Positions 9,503 through 17,075 are shown, counted from the stretch's first letter. The stretch: 64,000 nucleotides of DNA from Dehalococcoidia bacterium (GCA_965200625.1 OZ241375.1:580051-644050), one strand, 5' to 3'. Made by a program: numbers and translations. The notes: generated by a model from the sequence alone, not told the origin.

Positions 9503-9877
9503 TCAGAGCAGCGTGCCCTCAAGAATGCCGCGGTGCGCGCGCAGGACCAGCTGCCCTTCTTCGCGCCGCTCGACGATCAACGGCTTGCGGCAATGCCGAC
9601 AGGGAGCAGTCTCTTTGCGCCGCAGCAGCCCTTTCGGGGGCACGCGGGCGACGGTCGGTTCCTTGCAGTAGGGGCAGGTGACCGCCCACCTCATACAGGC
9701 GCGGATGCGCAGCGGCTCGCCGTCCTTCTCGCTGCGCGAGACGACGAGGTCGTAGTTGCAGTTCGGGCACAGCGTGACCATCCGCCGGGTGCGGCCGCGC
9801 TCCGGCGGCAGGCCGACATCGAGCGGCTCCGAGCAGTTCGGACAGCGAATGCGCTTCGTCTTGACGGAATTGGCCAT
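9503..9877 (-). CDS. Tandem zinc-ribbon protein (2 x C-x2-C-x21-C-x2-C)
   Basis: Re-called from the internal ATG at 9877 (MANSVKTKRIRCPNC...). The listed 9985 start would run through the divergent neighbour's start region. There are two clearly related repeats: CPNCSEPLDVGLPPERG...CPNC and CPYCKEPTVARVPPKG...CRHC. Confidence 0.55.
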   Translation of the reverse strand: MANSVKTKRIRCPNCSEPLDVGLPPERGRTRRMVTLCPNCNYDLVVSRSEKDGEPLRIRACMRWAVTCPYCKEPTVARVPPKGLLRRKETAPCRHCRKPLIVERREEGQLVLRAHRGILEGTLL

Positions 9878-9951
9878 GGCCTCATGGTATCGAGACGAGG
9901 AGCAGCGCAGCGATCGCAGCCGCTCGCCCATCCGCCTCGCATACCAGATAC

Positions 9952-9966
9952 GCTTATGACATAAGC
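9952..9966. promoter_or_regulatory. Perfect 7-1-7 palindrome GCTTATG-A-CATAAGC (operator-like) in a divergent intergenic region
   Basis: An AT-rich palindrome in GC-rich DNA. It lies 8 nt upstream of the ATG at 9974 and 75 nt upstream of the re-called start (9877) of the zinc-ribbon gene. Confidence 0.3.
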
Positions 9967-9973
9967 TGTATTC

Positions 9974-10942
9974 ATGAGCCACCACTTTCGCGAGATCCGC
10001 GGCAGCCAGGACTTATCCAGCCCGCAGATCAGGGTGCGCGGCGCGAACGACTTTCGGCACTACACGAACGAACGCCTGCGCCTGCCCAATGAGCGCGCGC
10101 CGCTCGGACCGCGAATCAAGCGGCTGTTGGGCGTGCTGCTGACGCTCGCGATCCTCGCGGGCATCGGCATCGGGGTCTACTTCGGCGTCACCGTGCTCCT
10201 GGACAACGAGGATGCCACGGTCGCCGACCCGGCAGAAACAGCGGCAACAGCCGAAGCCGCGTCGGTCGCGCCCACCGCTTCCGCAGCCGCTGAAACCCAG
10301 ACCGCCGCCCAGCCGGCGGCCCAGCCTGAGTCCGCGTCGCCTGCTTCACAGGCGGCAACCCAGCCGGCCTCGCAGTCCACAACACAGTCGGCGGCGAGCT
10401 CGACCGCGGCGGCGGCCACCGACTCACAGGAGTCAGCGGAGGCAGCGGACGAGCCGCCCGCAGCGGCCGCGCAAGCGCAACAGGCAGGGTCTGCGGCGAG
10501 TACGGAGCAGGCGGTGGCGAGCGTGCAGTTGTCCGTCGCGGTTTCAGAGGTTGAGCCGACGGTCGCCGAGCAGCCTGTCCTGTCCGCGCAGATTGGCGGC
10601 GCGGAGATCAGTGTGGAGTCCGCGACGGCCGAGCCGGCGCCACTCGGCATCCCGCGCAGCCTGGCCGACGGCGCTGACTATGACCCAACCGAGCCGGCGA
10701 CGGTGTTCACCTCGCGCTGGCCGGTCGGGACGACGTTGCGGTTGACGAGGATCTCCGGCGGCCCCCAGCTCAGCGAGGAAGAGTTGGCGGAAATCGTGGG
10801 CAGCCAGACGCTGGTGGTCGTCCGGGGGACGGAGTCTTCAAACGCCGATCTGCAGCTCAGTCCGGCGGCGTTCGGGCAGATCGCCTTCGAGGTCGAGCGG
10901 ATCATCAACGTGAGCGTCGAGGTGACCGCGCCGCCGCCCTAG
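9974..10942 (+). CDS. Single-pass membrane protein with A/Q/S/T-rich linker and C-terminal RlpA/DPBB-like domain
   Basis: TM helix LLGVLLTLAILAGIGIGVYFGVTVLL, then about 150 aa of low complexity. The C-terminal ~100 aa (WPVGTTLRLTRI...VVVRGTESSNADLQLSPAAFGQIA) resembles a double-psi beta-barrel lytic-transglycosylase-like domain. The functional call is tentative. Confidence 0.5.
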   Translation: MSHHFREIRGSQDLSSPQIRVRGANDFRHYTNERLRLPNERAPLGPRIKRLLGVLLTLAILAGIGIGVYFGVTVLLDNEDATVADPAETAATAEAASVAPTASAAAETQTAAQPAAQPESASPASQAATQPASQSTTQSAASSTAAAATDSQESAEAADEPPAAAAQAQQAGSAASTEQAVASVQLSVAVSEVEPTVAEQPVLSAQIGGAEISVESATAEPAPLGIPRSLADGADYDPTEPATVFTSRWPVGTTLRLTRISGGPQLSEEELAEIVGSQTLVVVRGTESSNADLQLSPAAFGQIAFEVERIINVSVEVTAPPP

Positions 10943-10987
10943 GCGGTTCCCGGCGGTCGCGTGTTGGACTCGCAGAACTGGGAGGAG

Positions 10988-11209
10988 TCAGGCGCGGCGA
11001 CGGCGACCGAAGGGGAGGCGCAGTTCTTCGCCGTAGTTGAGGAAATCCTTCTCCGCCCCGCACTTCGGACAGCGGCCGTGCGATACCTGCTGGTTGGGCC
11101 GGTCGATCACCCACGAGTGGGCGCATTCCTCCGGTTCAACCGGTGCGCCAGCGGCCTCGGGATGGTCCGACTGGGCGCGATTACGAGTCTCCGTTCTTTG
11201 CTCGGCCAC
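10988..11209 (-). CDS. Small zinc-ribbon-like protein (73 aa)
   Basis: EECAHSW....GRCPKCGAEKDF gives C..H...C..C spacing. I prefer it over the overlapping plus-strand ORF 10961..11296, which has no recognisable motif. Still uncertain. Confidence 0.4.
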   Translation of the reverse strand: MAEQRTETRNRAQSDHPEAAGAPVEPEECAHSWVIDRPNQQVSHGRCPKCGAEKDFLNYGEELRLPFGRRRRA

Positions 11210-11318
11210 GTGTTCCGCCTATTCCTACAAGCTCATCAGGCGCTGCTGAGCACCCAACCGAAGGATAAACAGCAACCCGCAAAGCGGTTTACATAATACT
11301 TGGGCTGCTTGACCGGAA

Positions 11319-11759
11319 TCAGGAGGTGCGCTCGTAGAGCGTGTGGTACTTGTCGCCACCGACTATCGCCTGGCGAATGTCCTCACGGTCGAGCTCGTAC
11401 AACCGGAACAGGGCGGCGCGGGCGTCTTCTTCCGCTGTGGGGTCGCCGGCGCAGCGTTCGAGAATCCGTTCAAAGAGCTTGGCCTCGACAAAGGAATCAA
11501 CGCGTCCGGCCCAAGGGAAGAACACGAATGATTCGGGGTCTCCGAAACTCGGGCGCAGCTTCCGCAGTTCGCGGATCCGATCCTGTGGCGAGTTGACCGG
11601 TCCGACCACGCGGATGTAGGGGGCTTCGGATTCGTTATGGCGGCCGTCAATCAACAGGCGCTCCTGCAGCCAGCCGAAGCCGATCACGACCACATCCGCC
11701 TCGCGCAGCGCGCGCAGCGTTTCTTCCAGGTTGAATCCCTCATCTGCCATGTTTCGCAT
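11319..11759 (-). CDS. Hypothetical protein (~146 aa)
   Basis: Re-called to the ATG at 11759 (or 11750): MRNMADEGFNLEETLRAL... Everything upstream in the listed 253-aa ORF is Arg/Ser-rich junk crossing the intergenic repeat. No family recognised. Confidence 0.5.
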   Translation of the reverse strand: MRNMADEGFNLEETLRALREADVVVIGFGWLQERLLIDGRHNESEAPYIRVVGPVNSPQDRIRELRKLRPSFGDPESFVFFPWAGRVDSFVEAKLFERILERCAGDPTAEEDARAALFRLYELDREDIRQAIVGGDKYHTLYERTS

Positions 11760-11794
11760 TATACGATCAGCCCGCCCCAGCTGCCGAGTCCGCC

Positions 11795-11824
11795 CGTGGC
11801 CGCGCGTGGCCGCCCGTGGCCGCG
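11795..11824. repeat. 3 x 10-bp tandem repeat (CGTGGCCGCG / CGTGGCCGCC / CGTGGCCGCG) in a divergent intergenic region
   Basis: Read directly from the sequence. It lies between the minus-strand start at 11759 and the plus-strand GTG start at 11869. Confidence 0.8.
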
Positions 11825-11868
11825 CTGGGGCCCGCTGGTGAGTATGCTTTGGCCAGAGGACAGCGAAC

Positions 11869-12696
11869 GTGCGACGCTCCCCCAATGCCGTCCGACCGCA
11901 CCGCTCGGCCGAGCAGGCCGACGCCTTTCGGACCCTCTTCCGGCAGCAAAGCGATCGACTCTGGAACGCCGACCGCGACGTCGACTGGGCGGCCGGCTCG
12001 CAGATTCCCGACGCCCGCCGCGACGCTTGGCTGCGGATGATGAACGTGTTCCTCGGGCTCGAAGTGATGGGGCTGGACACGATTCAGGTGATGATGAGTC
12101 AGGCGACCCACCAGGTCCGCGACCCGGCGCTCAATCTCTATCTGTCCGCCCAGTGCCAGGACGAAGCGCGTCACGTCTATGTCCTCGATCGCTACCTGAC
12201 CGAGGTCAACGGTCACGGGCACATCTCGAAGCCGGAGGCGTTCCTGATTGAGCGCTTCGGCGGGATGGCGTCGTGGGGCCTCTACCGCGTCGAGAACTGG
12301 CTCACGTCGACGCTATTCAGCGAGAATTTCGCCGCCCTCTTCCTGCAGCAGGCGCTGGAGGTCGAGGATGTCGATCCGCTCGCCAAGCAGATTTTCCGTC
12401 TGATTCTGCGCGACGAGGTGCGCCACGTAAACTTCCTGCACACGATTTTGCCGCGCCTGATTGAGCGGCTGCCAGCGGCCGGCCGCTGGTACATCTGGCA
12501 GAGCCAGCTGCTGCTGGCGGGCGCGGTGGCGCTCGGACTGCGCCGCATCAAGGCGGATGTGACCGCGCTGGGCATTGACGTGGACGCCTACAAGGCGACG
12601 CTGCTGGAGAATCTGGGCCTGCAGCTCCAGGACGCCGGGCTGGACTCGTTCCTCAAGATCGAGACCTACGCGAAAGTGATCAACGCAGCGACATGA
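11869..12696 (+). CDS. Ferritin-like di-iron protein (two E...ExxH motifs)
   Basis: GTG start. There are two helix-pair metal motifs, CQDEARH and LRDEVRH, with upstream acidic residues (LGLEVM, FSENF). The pattern matches di-iron oxygenase or ferritin-like four-helix bundles. Confidence 0.6.
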   Translation: MRRSPNAVRPHRSAEQADAFRTLFRQQSDRLWNADRDVDWAAGSQIPDARRDAWLRMMNVFLGLEVMGLDTIQVMMSQATHQVRDPALNLYLSAQCQDEARHVYVLDRYLTEVNGHGHISKPEAFLIERFGGMASWGLYRVENWLTSTLFSENFAALFLQQALEVEDVDPLAKQIFRLILRDEVRHVNFLHTILPRLIERLPAAGRWYIWQSQLLLAGAVALGLRRIKADVTALGIDVDAYKATLLENLGLQLQDAGLDSFLKIETYAKVINAAT

Positions 12697-13271
12697 GCAA
12701 CATCAACGACTGGCGGCGGCTGAGCGCGGAGATCATCGAGGACTTCAAGTTCTTCAAGCTGCGCCAGGACATCTCGCGCCATCCGACCTCCGGCCGCGAG
12801 CACCGCTTCTTCATCTTCGAGTTTCCCGACTGGGTCAACATCATGCCGATCACCCCCGAGCGCGAGGTGGTCTTCGTCAATCAGTTCCGTCACGGCACGC
12901 GCGAGCTGACGCTGGAGATTCCCGGCGGAATCGTCGATCCGGGGGAAACGGCCAAGGCCGCCGGCCTGCGCGAGATGTTCGAGGAGTCCGGCTATTTCGC
13001 GCCCGACGCGATCGAGCTGGGCTGGGTGCATCCCAACCCGGCGCTGCAGGAGAACCGCTGCTGGTCGTTCCTAGCCCAGGATGTGACGCTCGCGGTCGGC
13101 GACGACCATGTCGTCGGCACCGCCAGCGAGGCGATTGAGGTGAGCAAAGTGCCGCTGGATGAGATCCCGGGGCTGGTCAACGACAAACTGATCACGCACG
13201 CTCTGACGATTGCGGCGTTCGACCACTACTGGCGTTGGAGCGGTCAGGTATCGGCAGGCGGCGGCCGCTAG
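12693..13271 (+). CDS. NUDIX hydrolase (ADP-ribose pyrophosphatase-like)
   Basis: Nudix box GGIVDPGETAKAAGLREMFEESG. It overlaps the upstream gene by 4 nt. Confidence 0.8.
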   Translation: MSNINDWRRLSAEIIEDFKFFKLRQDISRHPTSGREHRFFIFEFPDWVNIMPITPEREVVFVNQFRHGTRELTLEIPGGIVDPGETAKAAGLREMFEESGYFAPDAIELGWVHPNPALQENRCWSFLAQDVTLAVGDDHVVGTASEAIEVSKVPLDEIPGLVNDKLITHALTIAAFDHYWRWSGQVSAGGGR

Positions 13272-13642
13272 CCGCGCAGCGAATCGACGTCGAAGTCCTC
13301 GGGTAGCGGGATGAACAGGCTGCGGCGCGGCCCCTCAATGTCCCGCGTGATGTGTCCGCGGCCACTGACATCATCGGCCAGCAGAATGTCGCCGCCGTGC
13401 AGCCGAATCGTCGTCCCGTCGCTGACCTCGATCTCCACGGTGCCGCTCAGGGTCACGACAAACTGACGGCGCGGGGCGTTGTGGAAGTCGAGCTCGCCGC
13501 CGACCGGCGTGGTGCGGAAGATCACGCCTTCAGCGTCGAACAGCGCCGAGAGGCTGCCGTAGCGGCTCTCGGAGAGCGCAACCTCAATCGTCTCGAAGTG
13601 CGACTCGCCGTCGTCGCCTGTGTAGACGCGGGTGATATTCAT
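13268..13642 (-). CDS. Cupin-fold small protein, paralog A
   Basis: 124 aa, all-beta pattern with HNAPRRQFVV...G.VEIEV.DG. It is clearly related to the adjacent 13674..14060 product. Confidence 0.6.
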   Translation of the reverse strand: MNITRVYTGDDGESHFETIEVALSESRYGSLSALFDAEGVIFRTTPVGGELDFHNAPRRQFVVTLSGTVEIEVSDGTTIRLHGGDILLADDVSGRGHITRDIEGPRRSLFIPLPEDFDVDSLRG

Positions 13643-13673
13643 GGGCGTTGTTCCAATCGGCTGCTCAAGCGCC

Positions 13674-14060
13674 TCACTCGTCGAATGATCGCGCCCAGCG
13701 GTGGACGTCGAAGTCGTCAGGCAAGCTGACCATCAGGCTGAGGCGCGGGCCTTCGAGGTCGGTGGTTTTGTGGCCGGGCCCCTCGACGTCCTCGGCCAGG
13801 CAGATTTCGCCCGGGCCGAAGCTGCGGACCTCGCCGTTGGTGACTTCGGTCTGCACCTTGCCCTGGATCACGATGATCATGTGCTTGCCGGGCGCGTTGT
13901 GCCAATCGACAAACAGGCCCGGTTGCGAGATGCGGAACGAGATGCTGTTGGGGAACAAGCGGCGGGTGACGTCGCCGATCTCGAAGTGCTTGAGGGGGAT
14001 CTCGATGTCTTCGAACTGCGACGTGCCGTCGTCGCCCTGATACATCCGCGTGAGTCGCAT
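13674..14060 (-). CDS. Cupin-fold small protein, paralog B
   Basis: 128 aa, MRLTRMYQGDDGTSQFEDIEIPL / WHNAPGKHMIIV. It aligns along its whole length with paralog A (MNITRVYTGDDGESHFETIEVAL / FHNAPRRQFVV). Confidence 0.6.
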   Translation of the reverse strand: MRLTRMYQGDDGTSQFEDIEIPLKHFEIGDVTRRLFPNSISFRISQPGLFVDWHNAPGKHMIIVIQGKVQTEVTNGEVRSFGPGEICLAEDVEGPGHKTTDLEGPRLSLMVSLPDDFDVHRWARSFDE

Positions 14061-14088
14061 GGCTGCCTCCTGTTGCTGATGCTACCTG

Positions 14089-14775
14089 TTACCGCGAGTA
14101 GGGCAGCCGCCAGTAGTCGCCGAGCTCGGCGAGCGACTGCACGATCAGGTCGGGCTGAACGTCGTCGGGAATGGGTTCGTGCGCGCGGCGCACCCAGACC
14201 GTGGCGGCGCCCAGCTCGGCGGCGGCGCGGATGTCGTGCGTGATCGAGCCGGCGATATGGAGCTGCTGGGCTGGTTCAATCTGACGCGAGCGGTAGAGCT
14301 CGAGCCAGTGGTCGTGATCGGGCTTGTAGCTGCGCACGTCTTCCGCAGTAATCAGCTGATCAAACGCCGCGCCGAGCTTGCGCACGCTCACTTCCAGACT
14401 GGCCCGGGTGACGTTGGAGAGGATCGCCAGCGGCGTGCCCACCGTGGCGAGGCGCTTCAGGAATCCGCCAGCGTCCGGGAACGGCGGCCAGAGGGCGATG
14501 GAGTGGGCGAATGACTGGCCCGCGGCATCGTCCAGAGCGACTCCAAACTCGGCGGCGGTTCGCTGGATCGAGAGCGCCAGCACCTGATCGTACGGGCGGT
14601 AGAATTCGTGCTCGACCTCCAGCTCCACTTCCAGGCGGCGGGCGATGAGCGAGGCCGTGTCGACGTCCGCGAGCGCCGGGATCGCCTCAACCGCGGCGCG
14701 GGCGCCAGCTTGCCAGTCGATCAGGGTGCCGTAGCAATCGAACGAAATCACCGCCGCGTCGCGTGGGTGGATCAT
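14089..14775 (-). CDS. HAD-superfamily hydrolase (haloacid dehalogenase type II-like)
   Basis: Motif I FDCYGTLIDW, motif II LSNV, then the K..PD motif (RSYKPD) and a later GS..HD. Confidence 0.7.
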   Translation of the reverse strand: MIHPRDAAVISFDCYGTLIDWQAGARAAVEAIPALADVDTASLIARRLEVELEVEHEFYRPYDQVLALSIQRTAAEFGVALDDAAGQSFAHSIALWPPFPDAGGFLKRLATVGTPLAILSNVTRASLEVSVRKLGAAFDQLITAEDVRSYKPDHDHWLELYRSRQIEPAQQLHIAGSITHDIRAAAELGAATVWVRRAHEPIPDDVQPDLIVQSLAELGDYWRLPYSR

Positions 14776-16004
14776 GAAAACTCCTGGGCTGAGGCCGAGG
14801 CAGGGCCCAAGTGGACGATATCGCCGCCGTACCGCTCGTTCAGCTCCTTGACCGTCTGATCGACGACGCGCTGGCGTTCGCGGCGCGCCGTTGATTGTGG
14901 CGGCTCCGCGCTCGGCTCGCCGGCCCGATCAAAGAGCGACAGCTGAGCGGCCAACGGCTGCTGTTCGAGGCCGGAGACGCCAACGCCGACGAGGCGGAAC
15001 TTTCGCAGCGGCGACAACTGCTCGCCCAGCAGCGCCTGCGCGGTTCGCTCGATGGTCGCCCCGTCGCCGGTCGGACTCGCCAGGGTCCGCTGGCGGGTGA
15101 ACGTGGTGAAGTCGGACAGGCGCAGCTTGACCTGCACCGTGCGCGCGCGGAAGTGCTGTTCCTTGAGCCGTTGCGCGACGCTGGCCGCCTGCTCGCTGAC
15201 GACGGCGCGCAACCTGGCTTCGCTGCCGATGTCTTCGGCGAACGTGGTCTCGGAGGAGATCGAATTCGTCTCCCGCTCCGGTGAGACGCCGCGCTGATCC
15301 AGCCCGCGCGCCAACTGCCAGAACCACTCGCCGCGGCTGCCGAACCGATCAATTAGCCAGGCCAGCGGCTGCTCCGCGAGGTCGCCGACCGTCTCGAGGC
15401 CGGCGCCGCGCAGCCGCTCGGCGGTCTTCGGCCCGACGCCCCACAGGTCAGAGATCGGAAGCGGAGCGAGAAAGGCGGCCTCCTCACCCGGCGCAATCAC
15501 CGTCAGGCCGTCAGGTTTGTTCTGGTCCGAGGCGATCTTGGCGACGGATTTACTGGTGGCGACGCCGCAGGAGACGGTCAGCCCAGTTTGCCGCGCCACC
15601 CGCTCGCGGATCCACTGCCCCAGTTCAGCCGGCCTCGCGCCTTCCCGCACGCGGTGCGTGATGTCGATGAACGCCTCATCGACCGACAACGGCTCGACCA
15701 GCGGTGAGACATCACGAAAGATTGACATAATCTCTGCTGAGACCTCGCGGTAGCGCGAGAAGCGCGGGCGCACGATCTCGGCCTGCGGGCACAGGCGGAC
15801 CGCGGTCCGCATCGGCATCGCCGAGCGGCAGCCGAAGACGCGAGACTCATAGGACGCCGCCGCGACAACACCGCGGCTGCGGGGCGAACCGCCGACCAGC
15901 ACCGGCTTACCGCGCAGCTCCGGCCGATCGCGCTGCTCAACCGACGCGAAGAAGGCGTCCATATCGGCGTGGATGATGTGCTGCTGAGGGGGTTGCGTCG
16001 ACAC
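14772..16004 (-). CDS. dinB: DNA polymerase IV (Y-family)
   Basis: IIHADMDAFFASVEQRDRPELRGKPV.VGG, SVDEAF.DIT, ASDQNKPDG and LWGVGPKT are canonical DinB motifs. The stop overlaps the HAD gene start (ATGA). Confidence 0.9.
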   Translation of the reverse strand: MSTQPPQQHIIHADMDAFFASVEQRDRPELRGKPVLVGGSPRSRGVVAAASYESRVFGCRSAMPMRTAVRLCPQAEIVRPRFSRYREVSAEIMSIFRDVSPLVEPLSVDEAFIDITHRVREGARPAELGQWIRERVARQTGLTVSCGVATSKSVAKIASDQNKPDGLTVIAPGEEAAFLAPLPISDLWGVGPKTAERLRGAGLETVGDLAEQPLAWLIDRFGSRGEWFWQLARGLDQRGVSPERETNSISSETTFAEDIGSEARLRAVVSEQAASVAQRLKEQHFRARTVQVKLRLSDFTTFTRQRTLASPTGDGATIERTAQALLGEQLSPLRKFRLVGVGVSGLEQQPLAAQLSLFDRAGEPSAEPPQSTARRERQRVVDQTVKELNERYGGDIVHLGPASASAQEFS

Positions 16005-16047
16005 ACCGCTACGCTATCAATTCGTTCAATTGGTCGGAGTTTCGCGG

Positions 16048-16689
16048 ATGAGCCTCTTCCGCCAACTGCGCTCGCGCTTGGTTGCCGTACCGAGTGCGGC
16101 GAACTCTCGCGCGGCCGCCTCGGACCAGGCGGGCCAGGCGGGCCAGGCGGCATCGGCGCTGGCTGAGGCGGAGCGTCTGCTGCGCCGCGGCGGCAGGGCA
16201 TCCGCCATCCGCGCGGCCGCGGGACACGCCCAGGCGCGTCAGCCGGTCGAGCAGGCCTGGCGGGCGCTGTTCCTCGGCGACCTCGAGGCGGCGCTGGAGC
16301 CGGCCTACGCGGCGGCGACCGCGCAGCCGTATGACGTCGATTCGCGCATCGTCCACGGTACGGTTCGCCTGGCGCGCAACGACCTGAATCACGCAGAACA
16401 TGAATTTGACGCGGTGATCGAGGAGTTCGGCGCGGAGTCCGACGCGGCCGACGGTCGGCGCGCAACGATTCTCGCTCGCGGATTTGCGCCGCTGGACGAG
16501 TTGCCCGCCGGCGACGCCGAGTGGGAGTCGGCGGCCGTCCTGCTGACGACGCTCTGGCGCATCGCGGGCGTCGCCGAGGCGCGGCTGGCGGCGCTGAGCG
16601 GCGGGCATCCGGACGGTCTGGCCATCCTGCTGCCGGCGCTGACGCGGGGGCAGGCGATCGACTTGGAGGCTGACAATGGGGCTGTTTGA
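16048..16689 (+). CDS. Hypothetical Ala-rich helical protein
   Basis: Re-called to the ATG at 16048, which lies 8 nt after GGAG (the listed start is TTG 16030). The N-terminus is MSLFRQLRSRL. No family recognised. Confidence 0.45.
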   Translation: MSLFRQLRSRLVAVPSAANSRAAASDQAGQAGQAASALAEAERLLRRGGRASAIRAAAGHAQARQPVEQAWRALFLGDLEAALEPAYAAATAQPYDVDSRIVHGTVRLARNDLNHAEHEFDAVIEEFGAESDAADGRRATILARGFAPLDELPAGDAEWESAAVLLTTLWRIAGVAEARLAALSGGHPDGLAILLPALTRGQAIDLEADNGAV

Positions 16690-17002
16690 CCGACTGCGCC
16701 GCAAGCTCTCGGCGCTCAACGAGGTGCGCGAGGCGTCGCAGGCCGAGGCGGCGACGCTCGCCGATGTGGAAACGGTCCGGCGGGCGCTGGCGGCCGAGTC
16801 GCGGCGGCTGGGCCGGCGCGAGCGGCTCTCGGTGACAATGCTGATGGAGCACTCGGCGGAAGACTTGCGGACAGTGGATCTGTTTCAGATCATCGGCCAC
16901 CTGGACGCGGAAGGCGAGATTGCCAACGTCGAGCAGGATTCCTTCGGCAATCTCAAGTTCGACCTGACGCCGAATCGACCCTCATCGAAGCGCGAAGCAT
17001 GA
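16676..17002 (+). CDS. Hypothetical protein (108 aa)
   Basis: Overlaps the previous gene by 14 nt. Its N-terminus MGLFDRLRRKL echoes that of the upstream gene. No family recognised. Confidence 0.4.
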   Translation: MGLFDRLRRKLSALNEVREASQAEAATLADVETVRRALAAESRRLGRRERLSVTMLMEHSAEDLRTVDLFQIIGHLDAEGEIANVEQDSFGNLKFDLTPNRPSSKREA

Positions 17003-17075
17003 TCGCACTATTCAGGTTATGTCAGTATCGGGACGATCTGAGCGACATAACTGCACACCCGCCACCGCAACCAGC

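Noticed and set aside
10212-10745. Repetitive region initially checked as a possible repeat array or CRISPR
   Set aside because: The periodicity comes from low-complexity A/Q/S/T coding sequence of the 9974..10942 protein. There are no regularly spaced identical repeats with unique spacers. The same applies to the Q-rich part of the YceI gene (about 17650..18000).
11760-12080. N-terminal 107 codons of ORF 11319..12080
   Set aside because: It is Ser/Arg/Cys-rich junk that crosses the intergenic tandem repeat and overlaps the di-iron gene on the other strand. The internal ATG at 11759 or 11750 gives a coherent protein.
15578-16900. 440-aa minus-strand ORF
   Set aside because: It is extremely Arg/Pro/Ala-rich. 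It overlaps the dinB 5' region out of frame and runs antisense through the 16048 and 16676 genes. No motif was found.
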